Position numbers and translations under genes: made by a program. DNA of 63,594 bases, filler included, from Chiloscyllium plagiosum (lineage: Eukaryota), in the NCBI RefSeq assembly GCF_004010195.1. It is 5 parts of one record of this genome, joined end to end, with 100 filler letters (N's around TTAATTAATTAA, not from the genome) between each part and the next. Parts side by side here need not be neighbours in the genome. Positions count along the whole stretch, not along the records: positions 8,432 to 26,193 come from NC_057716.1; positions 26,294 to 43,050 come from NC_057716.1; 3 more parts are not named here. One strand, written 5' to 3'. The notes under the pieces were generated by a model. That model worked only from the letters and a program-made list of their open reading frames with translations. It did not search any database and was not told where the DNA came from. Numbering within the stretch: the first letter of the stretch is position 1; each line of letters opens with the position of its first letter. Below are positions 24,965-35,762 of the stretch, piece after piece.

Positions 24965-25730
24965 TTACACAGAAGGTAACAGCAGGAATAGGCCATTCGA
25001 GCTCTCGAGCCTGCTTCACCATACAATGGCTAATCCTCAGCCTCAATATTCTAATCCTACCCTATCCCATATCCATTGGTCTCTTTAGCCGCATGAGTTA
25101 TTTCAATCTCCTTCTTAAAAACATGTAATGTTTTAATCCTAATCTATTTGTCAGGAACTGAATTCCACAGGCTCACTATTCCCTGGGGAAAAAAATTCAT
25201 CCTCGTCTCAATCCTGAAAGAATTATCCCTTATCCTTAAATTATGACACCTGGGAACATTCTTCCTGTATCTAATTTGTCCAGTCCTGTTAGAATTTAAT
25301 AGGGTTTTATGTGAATCCCACCTCCCCCCATTCATCTAAACTGCAGTGAATATAGTCCTAGGTAACTCAATCTCTCTTCATATGTCAGTCCTGTCATCTC
25401 AGGGATCAATTTAGGAAACACCTTCTCTATGGAAAGCATATCCTCCCTCACATAAAGAGACTAAAATTGCACCCAATTTTCCAGGCATGGCTTCACAAAT
25501 GCCCTTAATTGCAATAAGATATCCTTGTTCCTGTATCCAATTCCTCTTGTTATGAAGGCCATCATCCATTTTGCCTTGTTTATTGTCTACAGCACCTACA
25601 TGCATAGTTTCAGTGACTGATATATAGCAACATCCAGATCTTGTTGAACCTTCCCCATCTCAATTTACAGCTATTTAAATGATAATCTACATTCCTATTT
25701 TTGCTACCAAGATGGATGACCTCACAACTA
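24965..25730 (-). mobile_element. Old CR1 3' fragment
   Basis: RIETRMNFFPQGIVSLWNSVP motif and CR1 3' UTR. Confidence 0.8.
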
Positions 25731-26193
25731 TCGTAAGGACAGACTGACAGGCAGAGGGGGTGTGGCCATGTTGGTAAGGGGTGATATTCAGTCCCTTGCG
25801 CAGGGGGACCTAGAATCAGGGGATGTAGAGTCAGTGTGGATAGAGCTCAGAAATACTAAGGGTAAAAAGACCTTCTTGGGAGTTATCTACAGGCCCCCAA
25901 ACAGTAGTCTGGATGTCGGATGTAAGTTGAAATAGGAGCTGAAATTGGCCTGTCGCAAAGATGTTACTACAGTTGTTATGGGGGATTTCAACATGCAGGT
26001 AGACTGGGAGAATCAGATTGGTATTGGACCTCAAGAAAGAGACTTTGTGGAATGCCTCAGAGATGGATTCTTAGAACAGCTGGTGCTGGAGCCAACCAGG
26101 GAGAAGGCAATTCTGGATCTGGTATTGTACAACGAACCAGAATTGGTCAGGGACCTCGAAGTGAAGGAGCCATTGGGAAGTAGTGACCATAAT
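25731..26193 (+). mobile_element. CR1 ORF2 APE endonuclease fragment
   Basis: YRKDR..GGGVA, GVIYRPP, VMGDFN, PTREKAILDLVL, LGSSDHN. Confidence 0.92.
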
Positions 26194-26293
26194 NNNNNNN
26201 NNNNNNNNNNNNNNNNNNNNNNNNNNNNNNNNNNNNNTTAATTAATTAANNNNNNNNNNNNNNNNNNNNNNNNNNNNNNNNNNNNNNNNNNNN

Positions 26294-27240
26294 ACATTCT
26301 TCCCTGACAGCCTATGCTCCCAATTTATGCTCCTCAGATCCTGTCTTACAGCATTGTAATTACCCTTCCCCCAATTGTAAAACCTACCCTGTTGCACGCA
26401 CCTATCTCTCTCCATAACCAAGGTGAAAGTCACAGAATTGTGGTCACCATCACCAAAATGTTCACCCACTAACAAGCCCATCACTTGTCCCGGTTCATTA
26501 CCAAGTACCAAATCCAATATGGCCTCCCCTCTGGTCGGAAAATCTACATACTGAGTTAGAAAAGCTTCCTGGACACACTGCGCAAACACCGCCCCATCCA
26601 ATCTACTTGATCTAAAGAGCTTCCAATCAATATTTGGGAAGTTGAAATCGTCCATGACTACTACCCCGTGGCTTCTGTACCTTTCCAAAATCTGTTTCCC
26701 AATCTGTTTCTCCACATCTCTGCTGTTATTGGGGGGCCTATAGTAAACACCCAACAAGGTGACTGCACCTTTCCTATTTCTGACTTCAGCCCATACTACC
26801 TCCAAAGGCAGATCCCCCTCGAACTGCCTTTCTGCAGCCGTTATACCATTTCTAATTAGCAACGCCACCCCCCCCCCTCCTTTTTTACCACCCTCCCTAA
26901 TCTTACTGAAACATCTGTAACCAGGAACTTCCAACAACCATTCCTGTCCCTCTTCTATCCACGTTTCCATGATGGCCACAACATCGTAGTCCCAGGTACC
27001 GATCCACGCCTTAAGTTCACCCACCTTATTTCTGATACTCCTTGCATCGAAGTATACGCACTTGAACCCATCTCTGTGTCCGCAAGTATCCCTGTCAGTG
27101 CTACCTTCTTCACAGCCTCCCTACATTCTTGGACATCCTGACAAACTAGCCTACTTGCTGGACTACAAGTCCAGATCCCATCCCCCTGCCAAATTAGTTT
27201 AAACCCCCCCCGAAGAGTGCTAGCAAACCTACCCCCCAGG
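26294..27240 (-). mobile_element. CR1 ORF1 end plus uninterrupted ORF2 APE endonuclease running into the gap
   Basis: YDVVAIMETW, GGGVALL, GVYYRPP, DFNFPNIDW, PTRGEAILDLVL, GDGDHNSV. Confidence 0.95.
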
Positions 27241-27833
27241 AATTGCCATTCATAAAACCCCATTTTCTATATTTACACTCTTTCAACTACATAGTGACTT
27301 ATAAAAATAAACTTTTCATTTAGTTGTACATTCTCTCATAATAACAAGCATTGGAATTATTTTATACTCCTGCTTCAAATAGTCTACAACTGCTTGAGCT
27401 GTCAGTCAAACAATGCAATGGTAGGCACTGCTGTGATAATGGATGAATATGAAAATAGTCATGCAGCAATAACTCAGCAATGAAAATCTTAAGACTATAT
27501 CAACAGTGAAGCAGCAAGCATTTTTTAGTGGATATCAAAGATATAAAAGGAAGGAGTTTTAAGTATCTTGACAGATTAATACCCTTCTTTGACAATTGCC
27601 ATTCACAGTTCCTCTTGATAGTTCTGACAGGTTTTCTTAACAAGTTCTCTGCATCATGGCTTTTGATGCTTTTGGAATTTGATTTTGATGAATCTGTTGA
27701 CAATATGAATGAGCTTGACAGTTGATAAACCTGTGCACTTTTTTGCCCACTCATGGCTTCCTTTAACCATTCCAATGGGCACCCACCACCTCTAAAGATC
27801 ACATCACTTTACCTGATCCTTCCCAGAGATAGG

Positions 27834-28048
27834 TTGAAACTTTATTGCTGGAACAGCACAGCAGGTCAGGCAGCATCCAGGGAACAGGAGATTCGACGTT
27901 TCGGGCACAGGCCCTTCTTCAGATTCCTGAAGAAGGGCCTGTGCCCGAAACGTCGAATCTCCTGTTCCCTGGATGCTGCCTGACCTGCTGTGCTGTTCCA
28001 GCAATAAAGTTTCAACTTTGATCTCCAGCATCTGCAGACCTCACTTTC
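27834..28048. mobile_element. Fold-back PLE-A mini-element with 17-bp TSD
   Basis: TSD tccttcccagagatagg 27817-27833 / 28049-28065; apparently perfect ~88-bp inverted arms. Confidence 0.95.
27921..27960 (+). ncRNA. Minimal type I hammerhead ribozyme motif (predicted cleavage after 27954)
   Basis: AGAUUC-CUGAAGA-A-GGGC(CUGU)GCCC-GAAA-CGUC-GAAUCU; 6-bp stem I, 4-bp stem II. Confidence 0.85.
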
Positions 28049-30098
28049 TCCTTCCCAGAGATAGGCTGATCTCCCCTGTTGAGGGCCTGTGACCATAAAC
28101 AAAGCCATACACTGCCTATCCAATAAAATATGTAAAATTTAGACCTGGTGAAGTTGAGGGAGATTCATTTGGATTTAATTGACTGAGTTTATTTTTTAGT
28201 CATGATTCGTCAATTAAATCACTTTGGCAGCAAAATTATAAGCATGGCACCACTGTCCTTCCATTAACTTCATAGATAAGATTCAATTTTTTTTTATCTT
28301 ATCAGTAGGCTTCTTTTTTGCAGTAGTAAGGAGGAGTATTTCCCAGAAGGCCTTTAGAAGCCCTTGCAGCCAATTCAAGGCGGCTTCACTAAAAAGAGGC
28401 ACAGTGTTTAAACATCTGGGCTGCACTCTGCTAGTTCACTCTATTGTCCACCTAGCGTTATCAAATTACATGGTTGGAGTGTGGCATCAGATTCTGGAGT
28501 TGAAATCTCCCCAGGCAAATTGTCATCATGTCTAGTTACACTAGTTGGACAAAAACACAAAATAGTGTCTGAATGCAGTACAGGCTAAATATACCTCAGA
28601 CCAAATGCCCTGTTCATTCCCCATGGACTCCATCAAACATCCAGCATGTCATGAAGTTAAAATCCAGTCCATTAACTTTGGAAAGAAATTAACTGCAATC
28701 CATTTTCTTTTTATAAAGCACAGGCAGATTGGTCTTGACACGAAAGTTATATGCCTGGTTGCAGCCTCAGATTAATGTGAGGACTCCAGTGATTCCTTTT
28801 AGACTTTGTTTTATTAAATAATACCTGTCAGCTGTTGTCTGATCCCAGAAAAGGGGGCAGGTTTTCCAGGTCATTCTACCATCTGTCAGATAAAGCTCAT
28901 CTGTCCTTCCACATAACCACCTGATCTGTGCTAACAGGCCTCAGAGGGAGGCCTGCATTATAGGCCTACTGGGAGCCCCTGGAAGAGTCTGTGTGAGGAC
29001 ATCACCTGTGATTCTCAGATTTAATTATCACTGAGTAGATGAAGATGTTCAACACAGTCTGGAAAACGTTGTTAACCCACACTGTGACTCAATTTTGCCG
29101 ACTTGCTTATTAGCAGCTGAATGGGAAATAGAACCTGACATAAAGTGCAGCGTAGAAAAATGTACTGATTTTTGTTTTCCTTTTTAAAGCTGCTTACACC
29201 GTATGCATCATTAATCAAATCAAAATAGTTGTTAATCGCCAGTCTGACGGAAGGATTTAGGCAAACAACAGCAGATTTCCATGCTGATTGCAATCTAAAA
29301 ACTAGTTTCTCAGGCTAAATCAGGATAGTTAACCTTTCTTAAATCCAGCAAATGTATGTAAACCTGACCAATATGATTACTCGGTGATTAGGTGAACTGA
29401 TTTAGTCTGTGGTTTATTTGTAATCTGTGATCCACCTGTAAGCCATTGAAAAGCAGCATCTGTTGTACAGATAAACATTTGGCTCCTGTTTTTACTGAAC
29501 AATGCAAAACCCTTCAATTTGCATCAGATATATCACATATCCTTAAAATGATAACACTCAGTTCTTCACTGCCCACAAGCCATATTGAAAACAATTTATG
29601 ACTATTATATTGTGTGGTATTTGAAAAGGGGCCAATAACAGGATGGTAAAAGTACAAAATGTTATTATTCATCCATTAACTGATTGTTAGTTACAACTGA
29701 CTGATCGCAAAACATGTAATTGTTGCACACTTAATAAAACATGTAATCATGTTGGCAATAAGGGCATTTTTCCCTAATAACTTTATGGCATTGGGTAGAG
29801 GGAGGGTTTCTCAGCAAGCAAGGCACATACTTGATGTTTTACAGCAGATGAAAGAGTTCAGGGAACATACTTTGAACATGGACGACCTGGTGCAGAATAG
29901 TATTATAAAGCATTCTGCATACAATAATGCATACAATATTTCAATGAACTTGAGAATAACATCATCAAATGATGTAAATAAATTGCAATCAATGATGATC
30001 AATCACTATGTTAATGTTTCTAGATCATGATAAGATTATTCCTGTATTCCCTGGACATTTTATCCTTTTTTTTTCTTCAATACCCATAAGAAAGCAGG

Positions 30099-30323
30099 TA
30101 GGCAAAAGTGAGGACTGCAGATGCTGGAAACCAGAGTTTAATTAGAGTGCTGCTGGAAAAGCACAGCAGGTCAGGCAGCATCTGAGGAGCAGGAAAATCG
30201 ACGTTTTGAGCAAAAGTCCTTCATCAGGAATCCTGATGAAGGGCTTTTGCCCGAAACGTTGATTTTCCTGCTCCTCAGATGCTACCTGACCTGCTGTGCT
30301 TTTCCAGCACCACTCTGATCTAA
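30099..30323. mobile_element. Fold-back PLE-A mini-element with 17-bp TSD (1 mismatch)
   Basis: acccataagaaagcagg 30082-30098 / acccatacgaaagcagg 30324-30340; hammerhead CTGATGA 30233-30239. Confidence 0.93.
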
Positions 30324-31064
30324 ACCCATACGAAAGCAGGCCAGTGAAGAAAAGTTAGGATACAGTGGAGGTATAATTTTAAGATATTTTCCAATCAACT
30401 GTTCAGAGATGCTATTTCATACCCTGGAGCAGGTGGAATTTGATCCAAGTCCTTCTGGCTCAGGGGAAGGGACATTATCACTGTGCAACAAGAGTCACTC
30501 GTTAAAATATGTAATGAGACAAGTAATGATGGTAATACCTGTGTATCCTTTTTGGCCATTTATTCTGCATTGGGCCAATATTTGTTTGATAAAACTTCAT
30601 TTCATATTGTTGGGAGAAACAATTCATCTTTACATATCAATTGGATCTTATACTTTGCATCAATTACCTTTCCCGAACACTATCATGAGGATAATTTGTG
30701 TGGGAATTATGAGCTTGTTGCTCCTCTGTTACACAGTTACTACAGCTAATCAAATTACCTGTCCCATGGAAAATCTCTTGAAAGATACTTCACAGGTTCT
30801 TTGACCAGCAATATCACTTATAAGAGGCTATACAACTCCATTGAACGTCAATAAATGACAGACATATCAACCCAAATTTCCTCAAAATAGCTGAACTCTC
30901 ACTACAGGGGCTGGAAGTGAAAGAAGACCCGCTTCAGCAGGTGAGCCTAAGGCGTAGGGGGTGTTTGGGGTGGGTGGTATTCCTGTTATGGTCAATTATG
31001 GGGCTGCAACTCTAAGACCCGCTGGTCCAATCAAACTCAACCGAAGAGAGATCACACCAATGAG

Positions 31065-31642
31065 CAAGCTGTCTTTAAACATTGAGTATAGAAGTGGGAA
31101 CATCATGTTGCAGCTGTACAGGACACTGGTGAGGTCACATTTGGAATACCGCATGCAACTCTGATTGCCCATCACAGGAGCTATGTTGTTAAACTGGAGA
31201 GAGCACAACAAAGGATGTTGTCGGGACTGGAGGGTTTGAGTTACAGGGAGAGGCTGAATAGGCTGGGGCATTTTTCCATGGAGCTTCTGAGGCTGAGAAG
31301 TGAACTTATAGAGGTTTATAAAATCATGAAGGGCATGGATAGGGTGAATAACCAAGGCCTTTTTCCTTGGGCAGGAAAACTGGATGGCATAGGTTTCAGA
31401 TGAGAGGAAAAAGATGCAAAAGGGACCTAAGCGATATTTTTTTCATGCAGACGGTTGTGTACATGGAAAGAGCTGCCCGAGACTGGTACCATTACAGCAT
31501 TTAAAAGGAATCTGAATGGGTATATGAATAGGAAGGGATTAGAGGGATATGGACCAAATGCTGGCAGATAGGACAAGGTCAGTTTGGGCTGTCTGGTCAG
31601 CACAGACGAATTAGACCGAAGGGTCCTGTATGACTCTATGAC
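31065..31642 (+). mobile_element. CR1 3' fragment
   Basis: LQLYRTLVRSHLEY, LSYRERLNRLG; tgactctatgac tail. Confidence 0.9.
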
Positions 31643-31857
31643 TTTACAAAGAGGAGCAAGTAGAGTTTGATGAAATAAGGGTTTGACAGGCTGATCCCAG
31701 CAATCAGGCAGGGTGTTCATGAAGCACAGACATGTCATGACCACAGGGACAGACATTACTGCCAGAGGCTCCTCCCTGGATCCATAAATAACAATCCATA
31801 AATGAGCTCATTCCAAAACAGCGAGACAACTGATATGTTTTGCTTCCTTTTACCTCA

Positions 31858-32545
31858 CAATGAAAGCAAGCATGCAGGTACAGCAGGCAGTGAAGAAAGC
31901 TAATTGCATGCTGGCCTTCATAACAAGAGGAATTGAGTATAGGAGCAAAGAGGTCCTTCTGCGGCTGTACATGGCCCTAGCGAGACCGTGCCTGGAGTAT
32001 TGTGTGCAGTTTCGGTCTCCAAATTTGAGGAAGGACATTCTGGCTATTGAGGGACTGCAGCGTAGGTTCACAAAGTCAATTCCCGGAATGGAGGGGCTAT
32101 CATACGTTGAAAGATTGGAGCGACTGGGCTTGTATACACTTGAGTTTAGAAGAATGAGAGGGGATCTGAGACATATAAAATTATTAAAGCATTGGACAGT
32201 CTGGAGACAGAAACATGTTTCTGCTGATGGGTGAGTCCAGAACCAGAGGACACAGTTTAAAAATAAAGGGTAGGCCATTTAGAACAGAGTTGAGAAGAAA
32301 CGTCGTCACCCAGAGAGTGGTGGGTATATGGAATGCTTTGTCCCAGAAGGCAGTGGAGGCCAGGACTTTGGATACTTTCAAGAAAGAGATGGATAGAGCT
32401 CTTAGAGATTGTAGAATCAAGGGTTATGAGGATAAGGCAGGAACAGGATACTGATTGTGGGTGATCAGCCATGATCATAATGAATGGCAGTGCTGGCTCG
32501 AAGGACTGAATGCCCTACTCCTGCACCTATTGTCTATTGCCTATA
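31858..32545 (+). mobile_element. CR1 3' fragment (different subfamily)
   Basis: QVQQAVKKANCMLAFI, TRGHSLKI, QRVVGIWNAL; ctattgtctattg tail. Confidence 0.92.
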
Positions 32546-33744
32546 TCAGGAAGAAAATGCCAGTGAGGTGGCAAATGGGCTTTAATTGGCCACCTAAGTA
32601 GCTCAATTTGTCTCCAGACTGTCAGCCAACCTGCTACCCTTCCTGGCATTGTCAAATAGCATGGTGATGGGATGGCACCATTAAACACCTTCCCAGGCCA
32701 TTTTGATAATCTTCTTGCCTCATAGGCACTCCCTAAAGGTAAAACTCTATTTTGGACAGAGCATTCTCTATTCTATTTCTGCATTCAACCTGAATACCAT
32801 GTAACTAGAACATGTAGCTGGATGAGAACTGGAAACTAATGCACTCATAGTTACTATCTTGTAAATGCAGGCCTTGCAAACAATCAAATATATTGCCTAC
32901 ATAGTTCCAGTGTTCAAGGGCTAAATAAGCAATATAGAGAGAATTAGTTCTGCTGATTTAATGCCACAGGTGCAGAAAAGCCAGGCATAACAAATTGGTT
33001 TTAAAACTTCAGACATTGTTGGCGTACTTGCCAAGGTCAAGCTGTTGCATACAGTGTGCATTTTGTTTTCAGAAGAAACATCTACTGAAATACAACTGTA
33101 GAATAGATTACAGTATATTTTCATCTCTTTAGAGTAAAGAAAATTATAAACTCCATGGATAAACCTTTGGTTTGAAATATTTCCATTGCACTCCTCTCCT
33201 GCATTGAAACATAAAAGACCCTAAGTCTCTCTGAGACTTGTCAAAATTTATGTCAAAATGTGGAGTCACAGAATGTCATAAATCAAGAGAGTGACATAGG
33301 TGCAAATGTATTCAGGCTGTTTTCACAGGTGAAATAAGTCAATAATGCTGTGCTACTGATGTAACATTTAATTTATTCTGCAGCTGTTTTATTTTAAGAG
33401 ACAGAACCATTCGAAAACAATTCTTCACTTATCTCAATCCTGCATTTTTTTCTTGTTGAGAAGAGAACTACGTATCTTTGTCCTCTACAGATTGAATATG
33501 TGATCCACACAATAGCTACTTGCATTGAGATTTTAGCAACAGCCAATATTACTTGAGTTCTATAACAACAACTTATCTCAAAAGAGATAAAAATGTTGGG
33601 TAAGGATCCAATGGCACAGGCAATGCTGGGACTAACTGAGTATTTCAGCGAGCTGGCATCAACATGATCAGCTAAATAGTCTTTTTCTGTGCTGTCATCA
33701 TTCTGTGATTCCATGATTTGTAGTGTTTGGAACATAAAATATCG

Positions 33745-34390
33745 CAAGACATTTCACAGAAATGTAATCGGACAAAAAATTGATACTAAGCCAAAGCTGG
33801 ACATATAATAAAATTTTGTACAAAGAAACAGTTTTAAGGAGGATCTTAAAGGAGGAGACATATAAAGTAGTTCAAGGATAGAATTCCCCAAGTTTGACCC
33901 ACACAGCTAATAATATTGCTCTAAACATTTGCTGAAGCAAGTGGAGATGCATTACAGCTCAGAGGTCCAGGAGCACAGAGTTGTTAAAGAGTTGTCGGGT
34001 TTGAAGAAGTTTCAGAGATAGAAAAGAGTAGGGTTATGAAGAGGTCTTAATATGAAGCTGAGAATTTGGGGTTTAAAAAGAACTAATGCAGATCAGCAAG
34101 CAAGCAAGCAGGTGACTGTTGAGCTGTAATTAGTGTGGGTTACAACATACCAACTCAGTCATTTGATCAAACTATCTGAGAATTTCTACTGCAACTTAAG
34201 AAAATAGAACATGGAAGGTCAGTAAGTATGGTGTTGAAAGAATCAAGACTGCAAAAGAAATATGGATGAAAGATTCAGGAGAAAATGAGTTAAGATGGGG
34301 CATACACAGTCGATTAGTGCAATGGTTGCAACAAGTTTATTAAGTGAATATAGTCTTATATGGCCAACGTGATACTAAGTATGATGCCAA
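33745..34390 (-). mobile_element. Degenerate L2-like LINE 3' region
   Basis: gttttaaggaggatcttaaaggagg (antisense of SFK.LLKT) and gaattccc motifs; related + strand piece at 48400-48812. Confidence 0.5.
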
Positions 34391-34651
34391 AGTTGTGAAA
34401 AATATGATTCTCTATCAAGGCTTGGCACCTCATTGTCTCCATATTATGATCAGTATTTTTAAAAAGTTACATTATGATTCACACATGTATTGGGACATAA
34501 TTTTACACCACACAAAGTTGTGAAAAATATGATTCTCTATCAAGGCTTGGCACCTCATTGTCTCCATATTATGATCAGTATTTTTAAAAAGTTTACTTCT
34601 TTTGTGGCCCTTACAATACTCCATTTTAACATTGGTTCCTTATACATCTTA

Positions 34652-34780
34652 GTCCTGAAGAAGGGCTTATGCCCGAAACGTCGATTCTCCTGTTCCTTGG
34701 ATGCTGCCTGACCTGCTGCGCTTTTCCAGTAACACATTTTCAGCTCTGATCTCCAGCATCTGCAGCCCTCACTTTCTCCT
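34652..34780 (+). mobile_element. Solo PLE-A 3' terminus beginning at the hammerhead
   Basis: cCTGAAGAagggcttatgcccGAAAcgtcgattc...cactttctcc. Confidence 0.9.
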
Positions 34781-35394
34781 CGTTGATTTTTCAGAACAAT
34801 GTCAACCGAGTAACTGCTACAGTCAGTGCAAATTCATACTAAAAAACTGTCTTTGATTTGGAAATACCAATACGGCATATGAAATGCTACCAGCTTAGAA
34901 CATGTCTCCATGCTGGATGCCATATTGAATGCTTTGACTCTGGTGCAATTGACAGGGGTTCATAAAAATTTGAGAACAGTGTAGTCAACAAGGTATTCCA
35001 AAATAAAAGTTGCAATACATGCAATAGATTTGATAGTGTCTATAAGTGTGTCAAATGAACAAATAAAAAGGATAGGTTAAATCATTTGAAGATGTGATAA
35101 TAATTTGATTCATATTCAAACAAATATGTTATTTTTAAAAACACTTCTGCATTCATAAAGGATATTTACTCATGGGCATTGTATTGTTTAGTGCATTTTC
35201 AGTTTAGGACATATTGCATTTTAATTCATGAAAAATATTATTTACAAATTGCCTTCTCTTTCTATTGTCATACACTGACGAGCCTTCAAGTTTCTCAGCA
35301 TTTTGCGAATGAGGCAAGAAAACTTAACACTTTTGTTACTGGGCATGAGGTTCCACTACCCACCGCTGCTCATGATGGCAATGTAAGTTAAAAT

Positions 35395-35762
35395 ATAAAA
35401 CAAAGGATCGCAGATGATGGGGATCTGAAATAAAAACAGAAATTGCTGGAGGAACTCAACAGGTCTGGTAGCATCTGTGACAGAAAACAGAGTCAGGTGA
35501 CTCTTCATCTGACTCAAAACGTTAGCTCTACTTTCTAAGGATTGTTGGAATCATTATATTAACCTATAAAAAAACAAAAATGCTGATGAAACCCAAGAAT
35601 TCTGGCAGCATCTGTGAGAAAAACAGAATTAATGTTTTGAGTCAGGTGACTCTTTATCTGACTCAAAACTTTAACTCTACTTTCTCTCCATAGATGCTGC
35701 CAGAATTGTTGCGTTTCTTCAGCACTTTTGTTTTGTGTAGGTTAATATAATGATTCCAACAA
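35395..35762. mobile_element. Composite PLE-C termini: partial plus complete fold-back
   Basis: gagtcaggtgactc hammerhead stem II at ~35490 and ~35639; inverted repeat spanning 35542-35762. Confidence 0.8.

Noticed and set aside
27500..27802. Possible host exon (similarly ORFs 29749-30030, 38120-38404, 49625-49900)
   Set aside because: No recognisable domain, no convincing splice-site pair, and lengths expected by chance.
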